Shown here piece after piece: positions 10,651-21,069 of a DNA stretch of 64,000 nt. The stretch lies in assembly GCA_004376265.1 (NCBI GenBank), contig SOKL01000115.1, positions 12,699 to 76,698 on the forward strand, in the 5' to 3' direction. Each line of letters starts with the position of its first letter. The stretch's first letter is position 1. The notes under the pieces are model-generated. The model was not told where the DNA came from. It searched no databases and saw only the letters and a list, made by a program, of their open reading frames with translations. The position numbers and the translations under genes were made by a program. The stretch comes from Candidatus Thorarchaeota archaeon. GTDB lineage: Archaea > Asgardarchaeota > Thorarchaeia > Thorarchaeales > Thorarchaeaceae.

Positions 10651-11471
10651 TAATCAGTAAAGATGTTGTGTACCTTATCTGGACAGGTTAGACATCGTTG
10701 TTTGTACCACATGTAGACATCTTTCGGTTGTTTGGCAATGTTGGCCATTCTACTTGGACACGTCCAGCAGGGTTTATCGGGCTCCAGCCATGAATCGCTA
10801 TATTGTGCCCAACGAAAGTCCTCTACTATTGCGACACTTGCGCTCGTTCCCAGGCGATCAGCACCTGCATTAATCAATCGTATAGCATCCTTGAATGAAC
10901 GAATACCACCCGCGGCTTTGACCCCCATTTCGGGACCAACAGTTTCGCGCATCAAGCGGACATCATGAGGTGTTGCACCCATCGGTCCAAAACCTGTCGA
11001 AGTCTTGACAAAATCAGCACCAGCATCTTTGCAAATTAAGCACGCCTTGCGTTTCTGCTCATCTATCAAGAGCCCGGTTTCTAGAATGACTTTGACATGA
11101 GCATCTCCAGAGGCTGCTACAACTGCTTCGATATCCTTCTGAACAAGGTCGTAATTTGCATCTCGTAGGGCTCCTACATTCATGACCATGTCAATCTCAT
11201 GAGCCCCTTTCTTAACAGCCTCTTTAGTTTCACAAACCTTCACACTTGAGAGTGAAGCACCAAGAGGGAACCCAACAACAATACATACCTGAATTGATGT
11301 GTCCTTCAATAGCTCAACTGCATAGTCAATATGAGCTGAATTGATACAGATTGCTACAAAATCATACCTGATAGCTTCATCACAAAGTCGTTTGATCTTC
11401 GCATTTGAAGTATCAGCTTTCAGTTCTGTGTGATCAATCATGCTGGCAAGTTTTTCCACAGTGATATCCAT
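10650..11471 (-). CDS. deoC: deoxyribose-phosphate aldolase with C-terminal Cys-rich extension
   Basis: Class I aldolase motifs are present: ADFVKTSTGF (Schiff-base Lys) and GVKAAGGIR. An extra tail of about 50 aa carries CWTC...CLTC. Confidence 0.9.
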   Translation of the reverse strand: MDITVEKLASMIDHTELKADTSNAKIKRLCDEAIRYDFVAICINSAHIDYAVELLKDTSIQVCIVVGFPLGASLSSVKVCETKEAVKKGAHEIDMVMNVGALRDANYDLVQKDIEAVVAASGDAHVKVILETGLLIDEQKRKACLICKDAGADFVKTSTGFGPMGATPHDVRLMRETVGPEMGVKAAGGIRSFKDAIRLINAGADRLGTSASVAIVEDFRWAQYSDSWLEPDKPCWTCPSRMANIAKQPKDVYMWYKQRCLTCPDKVHNIFTD

Positions 11472-11540
11472 GGAGATGTCTCCGAATGTGAAATTGCTCC
11501 ACTGCCACTATATACCCTTCGAATTCTACAGTTGGCTTGA

Positions 11541-11882
11541 TTATCGGGGACCCAAATAGGATTTGATGTCGTCCAGTACCTCTTTTTGAAGTCTGATTAC
11601 GTCATGGACTTCAATCTCCTCCGCATCTTTCACTACAGAGTTAAGTTGTATTACTGTTCCGACTGCATCCACCTTGGAGAAATCAACAGGAAACTCCACT
11701 TCAGCGCCTTTTACAATAAGTTCTGAGCGGGTTGGATGGAGCGCGATCCTTATACTTCGTACAATGCCTATCCGTCTAGCTCTATTGTCTAGGACTTCCT
11801 TTCCCAACAATCTTCCCGGCATATTAAGCTCGTAAAGTTCTGCTTCGATACTGGGAAGGGCTTCCTTTGGTGGTGTTGTCAT
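11541..11882 (-). CDS. PRC-barrel domain protein
   Basis: LLGKEVLDNRARRIGIVRSIRI...VKGAEVEFPVDFSKVDAVG resembles a PRC barrel. Met 11882 is preferred over the longest ORF because the N-terminal 28 aa look non-coding. Confidence 0.55.
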   Translation of the reverse strand: MTTPPKEALPSIEAELYELNMPGRLLGKEVLDNRARRIGIVRSIRIALHPTRSELIVKGAEVEFPVDFSKVDAVGTVIQLNSVVKDAEEIEVHDVIRLQKEVLDDIKSYLGPR

Positions 11883-11975
11883 ATCTAATCGGCTCCTTTG
11901 CTCTACATGTCTTGATTGTAGGAGGCTTTTTACAGTGAGTATTATCACAGATATATGAAATCGCACGAGGCTTAG

Positions 11976-14291
11976 GTGTTGACCAAGAAGGAAACCTATG
12001 TAGAAAAGCCGTTGATTCGAAAAGATAGCGTTGAGTATAGGTCATACCAAGTCAACCTTGCAGAGGTTGCTGCAAAAGAGAGCACAATGATTGTCCTTAG
12101 CACGGGTCTCGGAAAGACTGTGATTGCAGCCCTTGTCGCTGCAAAACGCCTTTCTGAGTTCCCTGACTCTAAGGTTCTCTTTCTTGCTCCTTCTAGACCC
12201 TTAGTAGACCAACAGGCAAGGTATCTGAGAAGAGTGTTGGATATTGATGAGAGTCTTGTTGTGTGCCTTACGGGTCAGGACTCCCCAGAACAGAGGAAAA
12301 CTATGTGGGTAGATTCTCGGGTCGTTGTCATGACTCCTCAAGCTCTGCAAAATGATCTCGTTCTAAGAAGCTATGAGCTGCAAGATGTGTCATTGGTAAT
12401 ATTCGACGAAGCTCATCGAGGAGTAGGTAACTATGCATACACCTTCATCGCAGAACTCTACGAGAAACAGGGTAAGAATGTCAGATTACTTGGTCTCACA
12501 GCATCACCTGGTCATCAAGCTGAACACATTAGAAAGGTCTGTGAGAACCTACGGTTATCACATGTTGAGGTCAGGAGCGAGAAGAGCAGAGATGTGCGCG
12601 AATATATGGTCACTGTGGATTCAGAGATTCTGTTCATCAACCTTCCTCCAGAGATTGAGGTTCTAAAAGACATCCTCTACTCAATCATCGATGTCTATAG
12701 GGGACCAATACTCAACAATGGATTCAAACTACCGAATGCTAGGCGAATGACCAGAAAGGAAATCCTGAGGACACAGAGTGCTGTTCGAAAAGAGATCGGG
12801 TCGTATACTAAACCTCCCAGTTCACTCTTTTTAGTGATTCGCAATCTCACGGCTTTGCTCAGAATTGTGCATCTATTGGAGTTTATTGGTACCCAAGGTC
12901 TGATGCCAACCCATAGATACATTCAGGGAGTCCATGAAGAGATTCGTAACAAGAAGAGCTCGAAGGGTGTAAAGGACCTGTTGTCCAGACCTGAGTTCTC
13001 ACAATTCGAAAACCTTCTAGAAGCACTCATTGCAAAAGGCTATCGCCATCCTAAGGCAGATGCTATTCTGGAGATAGTCAGTGACCAACTGTCAGTCGAT
13101 CTGGATTCGCGGATTCTGATCTTCACGCGTTTCCGAGATACAGCAGTGGAGGTCAAAGAGACCCTTGAACAACTTGATTCAGTGAGAGCAAGTCGCTTTG
13201 TCGGTCAGAGCTCACGTGGCTCTGACAAGGGATTCAGTCAGAAGAAGCAAGTAGAGATTCTGGATGGCTTTCGGAATAACGAGTACAATGTTCTAGTAGC
13301 CACACAAGTCGGGGAGGAAGGTTTAGACATCCCTGAATGCAACTTAGTGGTCTTCTATGACTGTGTTCCATCTGTTGTACCCTATATTCAGCGACGAGGA
13401 AGAACTGGTCGTCGATCCCCAGGACGAGTAGTCATATTCGTTGCAAAAGGAACTCACGATGAGTTCTACCATTGGAGTGTGATAAATAAATTGAAGAAAA
13501 TGCCTAAAGCCCTCAAAGAAGCAGAGAGTGAAGAGGATGAAAAACAGACAAGTCTAGATGAATTTGTCACAGAGGATTCAGATATGCCAACTGAACGAAT
13601 GGTGAGTAAGGCACCTAAGAAGGAAGATGAAGAAATCCAATTAATTGTCGACTCCAGAGAGCTACCTACTGCTGTGGCTAGAGAACTCACAAGACTCGAT
13701 GTTAAAATATCTGGGGAGAGTTTGAAAATTGGGGACTACGTTGCTTCAGAGGAGGTTGCCATCGAGCGTAAGGAGAGTAATGACTTCATCCAATCACTGA
13801 TTGATGGCCGACTGTTCTCCCAACTGAGTGCACTTCGGTCAGCATATCGACGTCCAGTTCTCATTATCGAGGGTGAGCAGCTGATTGGTTTAAGGGCAGT
13901 GAATCCAGCTTCAATCTATGGAGCCTTGGCATCAATTGCTATACGAATCCAAGTTCCAATAATCTGGACTCGTAATTCTGAAGAAACAGCTAATGTGCTC
14001 TATAGAATCGCACACATGGAACAAGTTGAATCAAGCAAACCTCTCAGAACTCGTTCAGGAGAAGCGAAAGGATCCGACGCGGAGGCATTGGAATATATCT
14101 TGTCCGGATTCCCTGGAGTTGACACAGTGACCTCTAGAGCAATTCTTTCTGAATTTGAAACCTTAGAAGGAATCTTCTCCGCAGAATTCAAAGACCTGCA
14201 AAAAGTGAAAGGTGTTGGTCCAAAGATTGCAGGGCGAATAAGACGTCTCCTCACAACTAAGTATCCAGGCGCGAAGAGTGATAGTAATTAG
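11976..14291 (+). CDS. hef: Hef helicase/nuclease (archaeal FANCM/XPF homolog)
   Basis: SF2 helicase motifs STGLGKTVIA, FDEAH and QRRGRTGR are followed by an ERCC4 nuclease motif (GDYVASEEVAIERKESNDF). The C-terminus has an HhH (VKGVGPKIAGRI). GTG start. Confidence 0.92.
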   Translation: MLTKKETYVEKPLIRKDSVEYRSYQVNLAEVAAKESTMIVLSTGLGKTVIAALVAAKRLSEFPDSKVLFLAPSRPLVDQQARYLRRVLDIDESLVVCLTGQDSPEQRKTMWVDSRVVVMTPQALQNDLVLRSYELQDVSLVIFDEAHRGVGNYAYTFIAELYEKQGKNVRLLGLTASPGHQAEHIRKVCENLRLSHVEVRSEKSRDVREYMVTVDSEILFINLPPEIEVLKDILYSIIDVYRGPILNNGFKLPNARRMTRKEILRTQSAVRKEIGSYTKPPSSLFLVIRNLTALLRIVHLLEFIGTQGLMPTHRYIQGVHEEIRNKKSSKGVKDLLSRPEFSQFENLLEALIAKGYRHPKADAILEIVSDQLSVDLDSRILIFTRFRDTAVEVKETLEQLDSVRASRFVGQSSRGSDKGFSQKKQVEILDGFRNNEYNVLVATQVGEEGLDIPECNLVVFYDCVPSVVPYIQRRGRTGRRSPGRVVIFVAKGTHDEFYHWSVINKLKKMPKALKEAESEEDEKQTSLDEFVTEDSDMPTERMVSKAPKKEDEEIQLIVDSRELPTAVARELTRLDVKISGESLKIGDYVASEEVAIERKESNDFIQSLIDGRLFSQLSALRSAYRRPVLIIEGEQLIGLRAVNPASIYGALASIAIRIQVPIIWTRNSEETANVLYRIAHMEQVESSKPLRTRSGEAKGSDAEALEYILSGFPGVDTVTSRAILSEFETLEGIFSAEFKDLQKVKGVGPKIAGRIRRLLTTKYPGAKSDSN

Positions 14292-14296
14292 TGGAA

Positions 14297-14983
14297 TCAA
14301 TAGACGCTAGGGTTCTTTCCCTTGCCTCTCTTAAACGCTTCACGCATAACGTCTGTGAATCTTCGGCTCAATTCCCAGTAATCTAGGTAGTCCTTGTCAT
14401 CTAGTCGGACCACACTGAGTATCCTGCGAAACATCACATACAATTTTGGGTCGATTTCAGGAATTTGTCTGAGAGTTTCTTTAGCCAATGCTAATCCTCT
14501 AAGGTAGATTCTATCGCGTTCAGTGAAATCCTCAGCAATTGACTTCATCTCTTGTTCATTTTTCAATTGAAGACCTAAGTCCCTCATTGTACTCAATATA
14601 TCTAGGGTCTTGTCCAAATCGCGTTCTTCGCGTTCAAGAAGACCATCCATATCGCATGTGGCAATGAATACATTCTCAGCTGTTGCTCTCCAGAGCTTTT
14701 GCATGATGTGAGAGTCCCCGTTACCAGTTGGTTCGTAACCATCCTGTTCAACAAGTCTGCATTTTTCAAGCTCCTTGATGTGATATCTGACGGTCTGGGG
14801 CTTGATTTTCTTTTTAGGGTCTTTTTTTGAAAGAAACTCAACAAGTTCGGAGGTGGACATTCGTCGAGCTCTCAATGCATGAAGAATCTCTCTCCTACTC
14901 TCATCACTGAGAACTTTGTAGGCATCGATTGCGTCATCACCTGTGAGGACTCTTAGAGTGTCTATAGGTTTCGCCCCCTGCAT
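14297..14983 (-). CDS. ArsR-type winged-helix transcription regulator with C-terminal domain
   Basis: LSDESRREILHALRARRMSTSELVEFL...VRYHIKELEKCRLVEQ is a typical ArsR/SmtB wHTH. Start chosen at Met 14983. Confidence 0.65.
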   Translation of the reverse strand: MQGAKPIDTLRVLTGDDAIDAYKVLSDESRREILHALRARRMSTSELVEFLSKKDPKKKIKPQTVRYHIKELEKCRLVEQDGYEPTGNGDSHIMQKLWRATAENVFIATCDMDGLLEREERDLDKTLDILSTMRDLGLQLKNEQEMKSIAEDFTERDRIYLRGLALAKETLRQIPEIDPKLYVMFRRILSVVRLDDKDYLDYWELSRRFTDVMREAFKRGKGKNPSVY

Positions 14984-15110
14984 TTGTTTATCACCTAACT
15001 TTATACTATAAGCTTTGAGAAATGAACAATGCTTTGTTTTGCACGACACCTAATAGCCCAGAGGGCTACTAGTGTCGGTATTTCTTTAGGCAATTTAGTT
15101 GCCCTTATGA

Positions 15111-15356
15111 TTATGCAGGCACATAGATCCATTGCCGCATGTCTTGCAGGCATGGTACGCGCTTGATTAGTTGTTTCCTCAAGAGTTTACGAAGAGCATA
15201 TCGGACAGTTCTTGGTGCAAAAGACACCTTGTCCAAGAGCTGTTTTGGTGTGACACCATTTTGACCGGTGCTTCTAAGAATGTCTAGAACAATCATCTGA
15301 CTCTTTGTGAGCTTCATGTTCTTGAGCTCCTCTTGTAGTTGTTTATCGCTCATCAT
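15111..15356 (-). CDS. small winged-helix DNA-binding protein
   Basis: 81 aa. LTKSQMIVLDILRSTGQNGVTPKQLLDKVSFAPRTVRYALRKLLRKQLIKR is MarR/TrmB-like. Confidence 0.6.
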   Translation of the reverse strand: MMSDKQLQEELKNMKLTKSQMIVLDILRSTGQNGVTPKQLLDKVSFAPRTVRYALRKLLRKQLIKRVPCLQDMRQWIYVPA

Positions 15357-15640
15357 TGTTTGACTACCTTCCTAACGGAAATTATCAATATGTTGAGGTT
15401 TTCTAATAGAAATTGCCTCAATCAACTAATTAAATGACCAACAAAGTTACTTATTAACTTATCGCAGTCTGTAGAGGAAATGTCGCGGTGAGTGACCGCG
15501 CAATATTAACACTGTTAAGACGCACCATATAGCGATATCTGTCCATAGTCCTCTATGAACTATCTGTAGTCATCAAAAGTCAAGATGATAGAATGCGGGA
15601 AAGTCTTTAACTCTGAAGACTATGGGCAAAGTGACTTGAT

Positions 15641-16918
15641 ATGAAGAAGGCCGTCATACTTGCAGCAGGTGATTCAACGAGAATGTTGCCACTCTCTGCG
15701 AACCAACCCAAACATCTTCTTCCCATCGCAGGGAAACCTTTGATATATCACACAATGGAGGCCCTAGAAAAGGCAGGAATCAAAGAAACCTTGGTTGTAT
15801 ACGGATATCATGGTGATCAACTCCAGAAAGCTGTAGAAGCAAGGTCGTGGAAAATGGCAATTTCTTTTGTCAATCAAAAAGAACGCAAGGGAACAGGACA
15901 CGCTGCAGGATATGCCAAGAAGTTTGTTGGAAAAAAGGAAGCTGTTCTGATCTATGGTGATTTGATGGTGGGACCTGATACTTTTGAGGGTCTTATCGCG
16001 TATCACAAGAAAGGAGGGTATGAGTTTACCCTATCAACCAAGGTTATCGAAGATCCAAGTGCATATGGTGTAGTTGTTGTGAAGAAAGGAAAGGCATCTT
16101 CACTCATTGAGAAACCAAATCCTGAGGAAGTAGTGAGCAATCTCGTTAATGCGGGGATTTATGCAATCGGTGAATCACTATGGGAGGCTATTAACAATAC
16201 AGAACTCTCACCAAGAGGAGAATACGAGATCACTGATTCCATCTCAATGCTTATTGAGGGAGGTAATGTCGGTGCTTACACTCTCCCTTCATGGTGGTTG
16301 GATATAGGAAAACCATGGGATCTGCTTGAAGCAAACAAACAGGTTCTCGCGAACGAACAGAAACGGATAGAGGGTACTGTTGAAGATGGAGCCGTGATAA
16401 AAGGAAACACTATCGTTGAAAAAGGAGCTATCATAAAAAGTGGGGCGTATATTGAGGGACCGGTTTTCATTGGAGAGGACTCTGTGGTTGGACCGAATTG
16501 CTATATCCGTGCCTACACATCCCTCGGAAAGAAGGTCAAGATAGGGAATGCTGTTGAAATCAAGAACTGTATCATAATGGATGAAACTAATGTGGGGCAT
16601 CTATCCTATGTTGGTGACTCTATTATCGGTCAGAGGTCAAACTTTGGAGCAGGGACTATAACGGCTAATCTTCGACATGATGACAGGTCAATCTTTGTCT
16701 CCGTGAAAGGAGAACGTTTCAACTCAATGAGAAGGAAACTAGGTGCTATCATTGGTGATGATGTAAAGACAGGAATTGGAACCTCCATAGGTCCAGGCAT
16801 TGTGATCCATCAAGGTGCGCAGACCGGAATAGGTGTGATTGTAAGCAGAGACATTGAAGCCAACAAGCTTGTCATAACTAAGCAAGACCAAGTCATAATG
16901 GACGCTGATCACAAATAG
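15641..16918 (+). CDS. bifunctional sugar-1-phosphate nucleotidylyltransferase / acetyltransferase (GlmU-like)
   Basis: N-terminal ILAAGDSTRMLPLS..KHLLPIAGKP nucleotidyltransferase signature. The C-terminal half consists of hexapeptide LbH repeats. Confidence 0.85.
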   Translation: MKKAVILAAGDSTRMLPLSANQPKHLLPIAGKPLIYHTMEALEKAGIKETLVVYGYHGDQLQKAVEARSWKMAISFVNQKERKGTGHAAGYAKKFVGKKEAVLIYGDLMVGPDTFEGLIAYHKKGGYEFTLSTKVIEDPSAYGVVVVKKGKASSLIEKPNPEEVVSNLVNAGIYAIGESLWEAINNTELSPRGEYEITDSISMLIEGGNVGAYTLPSWWLDIGKPWDLLEANKQVLANEQKRIEGTVEDGAVIKGNTIVEKGAIIKSGAYIEGPVFIGEDSVVGPNCYIRAYTSLGKKVKIGNAVEIKNCIIMDETNVGHLSYVGDSIIGQRSNFGAGTITANLRHDDRSIFVSVKGERFNSMRRKLGAIIGDDVKTGIGTSIGPGIVIHQGAQTGIGVIVSRDIEANKLVITKQDQVIMDADHK

Positions 16919-16929
16919 TAGGGGATAGG

Positions 16930-18456
16930 ATGTCGCCCACGCCATTGAATGAGTTCAATGTAGTGACTAAGGACTCAAGTCGTGTTGAAATTCTCTTTGG
17001 ATATTGTTACCCATCAACATACAGAGCAGGAATGACAGGGCTTGCCCTTCACATATTCTATGCAACACTGAACTCACGGGACGACACTTCTTGTGAGAGA
17101 TATTTCCGCTACGATACTTCTTCCCCCTCTCACTCGGTAGAGAGTAATCGACCGCTCAAAGATAATCACATTGTTGGATTCTCACTCACCTATGAGGAAG
17201 ACATTATCAATCTTATACAGATGCTTGAACATGGAAACATTCCGGTTGTGGTGAAGAAAAGGGACAAGAATGACCCAATCGTGATTGTTGGAGGACCTGT
17301 AGTTTCGGCGAACCCAGAACCTTTCGTGAATTTCATTGATGCCTTTGTTATTGGTGATGGTGACCTCATCGTGCATGACATTGTGGATGCGATCAAAGAT
17401 AGTGATTCACGAGAAGAGGCAATGACCAGATTATCTGAATTGAGCGGGTTATATGTTCCAACAAAACCGAAATCAAGTGTAAGTCGAAATATCATATCCG
17501 ACCTGAACTCCCTTCCTTATCCTACAACTCAGATTATCCCAGATGTGCCTGAAGGGTCTCATCTGGAATCTGTTTTTGGTAGGTCATTTCTTCTTGAAGT
17601 GACCCGAGGGTGTGGACATTCGTGTAGATTCTGTCTGATTGGTCATATTTGCCGACCCAGGAGAACAAGATCACTGAAACGTCTAAAGGAACTCATTAAC
17701 TTGGGAAGAGAGGACACTCCAACAAGTAAGGTTTCAATGATTGGTTCTTCATTGGGAGATCTAGATGGACTTGAGGAACTTGTTTGTTGGACCGTAGAGC
17801 AAGGTCTGAAAGTTTCTGTACCGTCTTTACGTGCAGATTCTGTAACCAAATCGCTCCTTGATTGTCTTGTAATGAGTGGACAACGAACCCTCACAATTGC
17901 TCCGGAGTCTGGTTCCACACGAATGAGGAACTTAATGGGTAAAGGGTTAGATGACACTGATATCGATAACGCTGTCGAAGTTGCAAAAGAAGCGGGATAT
18001 AGCTCCCTGAAGCTCTACTTCATTATTGGACTTCCTGAAGAAACAGATGAAGATGTTAGAGCAACAGTTGATATGATTACAAAAATCGGAAAGACATCAG
18101 GACTCAAAGTAACTGCCAGTGTCAATCCATTCATTCCAAAGGCTCAAACCAGATGGGAGAGAGAACCTCAGCCGCCAATCGCAGAGATTCGGAGAAAAAT
18201 ACAGATTATAGAGAAAGGCGTAAAGGGGACGTCTAGAGTCACAGTAGAAACATTGGATCCTAGGAACGCTCGAATACAAGCAGCTCTCTCACTCGGAGAT
18301 AGATCTCTTGGTCCAGTAATTCGCCAGGCTTCCGAATATGGTGGACTTGGAGGATGGAGACGAGCAGAGAAAGAAACGAAAATCCCCCTTTTCTCCATTG
18401 CAAATGATGCTGAAAGGTTGAAAGGTCAACTACCTTGGTCGTTCTTAAGCAAATGA
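16930..18456 (+). CDS. radical SAM protein with N-terminal B12-binding-like domain
   Basis: CGHSCRFC is the CX3CX2C cluster motif. An upstream Rossmann-like segment reads PIVIVGGPVVSANPEPF. Confidence 0.8.
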   Translation: MSPTPLNEFNVVTKDSSRVEILFGYCYPSTYRAGMTGLALHIFYATLNSRDDTSCERYFRYDTSSPSHSVESNRPLKDNHIVGFSLTYEEDIINLIQMLEHGNIPVVVKKRDKNDPIVIVGGPVVSANPEPFVNFIDAFVIGDGDLIVHDIVDAIKDSDSREEAMTRLSELSGLYVPTKPKSSVSRNIISDLNSLPYPTTQIIPDVPEGSHLESVFGRSFLLEVTRGCGHSCRFCLIGHICRPRRTRSLKRLKELINLGREDTPTSKVSMIGSSLGDLDGLEELVCWTVEQGLKVSVPSLRADSVTKSLLDCLVMSGQRTLTIAPESGSTRMRNLMGKGLDDTDIDNAVEVAKEAGYSSLKLYFIIGLPEETDEDVRATVDMITKIGKTSGLKVTASVNPFIPKAQTRWEREPQPPIAEIRRKIQIIEKGVKGTSRVTVETLDPRNARIQAALSLGDRSLGPVIRQASEYGGLGGWRRAEKETKIPLFSIANDAERLKGQLPWSFLSK

Positions 18457-18562
18457 GAACAATAGTAATGTCGTCTTGACAAAGCTCTTAAGTCAATTCT
18501 TGGAAGTCACTCTTACGAAACGCTCTTGGCTGATTAAAGGTCAGGGTCGTTGGTGACGATGT

Positions 18563-18910
18563 ATGTCGGAAGATGGTGAATTTCGCAAAGAGTTTCCAAC
18601 TTTGAACAGGGAACTCAAGGAGAATACCACAAAGACATACAGGATAGATGGTGTCCGTACAATGTCGGAAGAATCAGAGTCTACCAAAAGCGAAAAGTCC
18701 GCCTTCGAACCGGATGTCGTGGACTATATTCGGCGCTGTGATACAATGTCACAAGCAATGGAAATTGTTGAATTTCTATTGAAGCAGAACGAGATTACTT
18801 CACCACAGGCAAAAGAGATCAAGAGTCAGCTTAATACTGAAGGCCTCAGAAGTTTTGGTGCGAAGAAAGAAAAAGACCACTATCTACATCATGGAGTCGG
18901 CGAAGAATAA
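18563..18910 (+). CDS. hypothetical protein
   Basis: 115-codon ORF with an ATG start and charged, coding-like composition. No family was recognised with confidence. Confidence 0.45.
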   Translation: MSEDGEFRKEFPTLNRELKENTTKTYRIDGVRTMSEESESTKSEKSAFEPDVVDYIRRCDTMSQAMEIVEFLLKQNEITSPQAKEIKSQLNTEGLRSFGAKKEKDHYLHHGVGEE

Positions 18911-19035
18911 TCGTGTAGACCCTTTATTTGATTGGAGTTTCCTCTTGCCACAACGCTCTATGATTAGAATCTAACTACAACTCTCTCAAACTAAAAGCCC
19001 GCATCACTACTCCGTCACTCAAAATATTCCTTCGA

Positions 19036-20436
19036 CTAGCTTGGTTTGTACACTCCCTTATCGCGAGCCCAAGAGATTGTTTCAGGATCACAACGTTTTA
19101 GCTCTCGCTCTGGGAAGTCACTGAGTAGATTCCAACCGATATCAAGTGTCTGCTCAAATGAGCGGTCTTCGAACTCACCCTGATTGATGAATTCAGTCTC
19201 GAACCTGTCAGCAAACTTAAGGTATTTCTGATCTCGGTCTGTCAATGCCTCAGAACCTACAACTGCAACTAAATCTCTGAGGTCACGACCCTCTGAGTAG
19301 GCATAGTAGAGCTGAGCCTGTATCTCTTTGTGGTCGAAACGGGTCATACCCTTGCCAATTCCTTCTTTCATTAGTCTACTGAGAGATGGACCTGGGTCGA
19401 TAGGCGGGTAAATACCTCTTCGGTGCACAGCTCTTCCAACGATAATCTGACCTTCTGTGATGTATCCAGTCAGGTCAGGAATTGGGTGGGTCATGTCATC
19501 TTGTGGCATTGAGAGAATTGGCATCTGTGTGATTGTACCATTTCTACCTTTAATACGACCTGCCCGTTCATAGATTAGACTAAGATCCGTATACAGGTAC
19601 CCTGGATAGCCACGGCGACCTGGGATTTCTGACCTGGCAGCACTAATCTCGCGCAGAGCCTCTGCATAATTCGTCATATCTGTGAGAATAACAAGAACGT
19701 GCATATCAGTGGTGTAAGCAAGATATTCTGCTGCAGTCAATGCGGCCCTTGGTGTGATAATACGTTCAATGGCGGGATCATTGGCTAGATTCAGAAAAAG
19801 GGTTGTGTGTTCTAACGCTCCTGTTTCCTCGAAAGATTGCATGAAGTATTGTGCCTCTGTTGCTGTAATGCCCATCGCACCGAATACTATGGCAAAATCA
19901 CCTTCCTCTCCTGGAATTTTCGCCTGTCTTACTATTTGTGCAGCAATCCTATTGTGAGGAAGACCAGAACCTGAGAAGATGGGGAGTTTCTGACCTCGGA
20001 CCAATGTGTTAAGACCATCGATTGAAGACAGACCTGTCTGAATTGGTTGTCGTGGATACTGTCTTGCATAGGGATTGATTGGAGAACCATAGATATCCCA
20101 GTGGTCTTCAGCTGTGAGGGGAGGCCCCTTATCAAGTGGGTTTCCAGCACCGTCAAGAACTCTTCCTAGAATCTCAGATGAAACTGGAAGACGCATAGTT
20201 TCGCCAGTGAATCTGGCCGAGGTGACCTCAGTATCAAGACCGCTGGTGCCTTCGAATACCTGAATGACTGCTCGTCCTTTACCAGTTTCAAGAACAGTAC
20301 CTGTTAACAATTCTCCAGATGGAGATCTGATTTTTACAACTTCGTTAAATGCTACATTATGGGTGCTCTCGACAACAAGTAGTGGTCCACTAACATCAGA
20401 AACTGTTCTGTAAATTATCGAAGATTCTTTAGACAT
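19036..20436 (-). CDS. atpB: A/V-type ATP synthase subunit B
   Basis: [15 protein letters not shown]..., [22 protein letters not shown], and a length of about 465 aa are typical of the non-catalytic B subunit. Confidence 0.95.
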   Translation of the reverse strand: MSKESSIIYRTVSDVSGPLLVVESTHNVAFNEVVKIRSPSGELLTGTVLETGKGRAVIQVFEGTSGLDTEVTSARFTGETMRLPVSSEILGRVLDGAGNPLDKGPPLTAEDHWDIYGSPINPYARQYPRQPIQTGLSSIDGLNTLVRGQKLPIFSGSGLPHNRIAAQIVRQAKIPGEEGDFAIVFGAMGITATEAQYFMQSFEETGALEHTTLFLNLANDPAIERIITPRAALTAAEYLAYTTDMHVLVILTDMTNYAEALREISAARSEIPGRRGYPGYLYTDLSLIYERAGRIKGRNGTITQMPILSMPQDDMTHPIPDLTGYITEGQIIVGRAVHRRGIYPPIDPGPSLSRLMKEGIGKGMTRFDHKEIQAQLYYAYSEGRDLRDLVAVVGSEALTDRDQKYLKFADRFETEFINQGEFEDRSFEQTLDIGWNLLSDFPERELKRCDPETISWARDKGVYKPS

Positions 20437-20515
20437 CTTTTGAAACCACCTTGATTATTGAATCAGTGCTGTCTGCCGTTATCGTATCCAAGTTTTAAGA
20501 GTTACGAAGCGTCAT

Positions 20516-21025
20516 TTACAGCCAAGCAGCCACGTGAAAGAATGCAAGAACTGGCGCTAGCATTAAGGCTCGTACTATCATGGATTTACCCCGAGATGTA
20601 AGATCATTTGCAAAGGGGGTTAAATACAGAATAGTCCCGGCAAGTAGCCAGATACAAGCAATAGCATCTCCTAACCAGACCAATATCATGAATAACTCAG
20701 CATCAGTCATTCCAAAAATGCGTAACCATACAGCTGTGGCACTCTCAAGCGTTACTGGTTCAATACCACTAAATTGACCAAACAGGTTGACGATGAATGG
20801 ACCTCCGAAATATAGGACTATACCCAAACCAACCAGAATCTTGGAGAAACCATCACTGAAACCTGTAGCGAAAATTATCAGCCCAATCAATAGAACAATC
20901 AAGTACCCACGGACAGCAAGCGCAAACAAAACATTGAGAATGTCTCCTACAATACCGAACCAGTTCTCAGGCATCTGAATATCAAAGGGTGATTGTAGGA
21001 GTAAGAATAGCATCGCCTCAGCCAT
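20516..21025 (-). CDS. hypothetical membrane protein (about 4-5 TM)
   Basis: 169 aa and strongly hydrophobic. It lies on the same strand between the udg and atpB genes. Confidence 0.55.
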   Translation of the reverse strand: MAEAMLFLLLQSPFDIQMPENWFGIVGDILNVLFALAVRGYLIVLLIGLIIFATGFSDGFSKILVGLGIVLYFGGPFIVNLFGQFSGIEPVTLESATAVWLRIFGMTDAELFMILVWLGDAIACIWLLAGTILYLTPFANDLTSRGKSMIVRALMLAPVLAFFHVAAWL

Positions 21026-21069
21026 CTGTTACACAGGAGGGAGTCAGTATGAACGAATATAACAACCAC

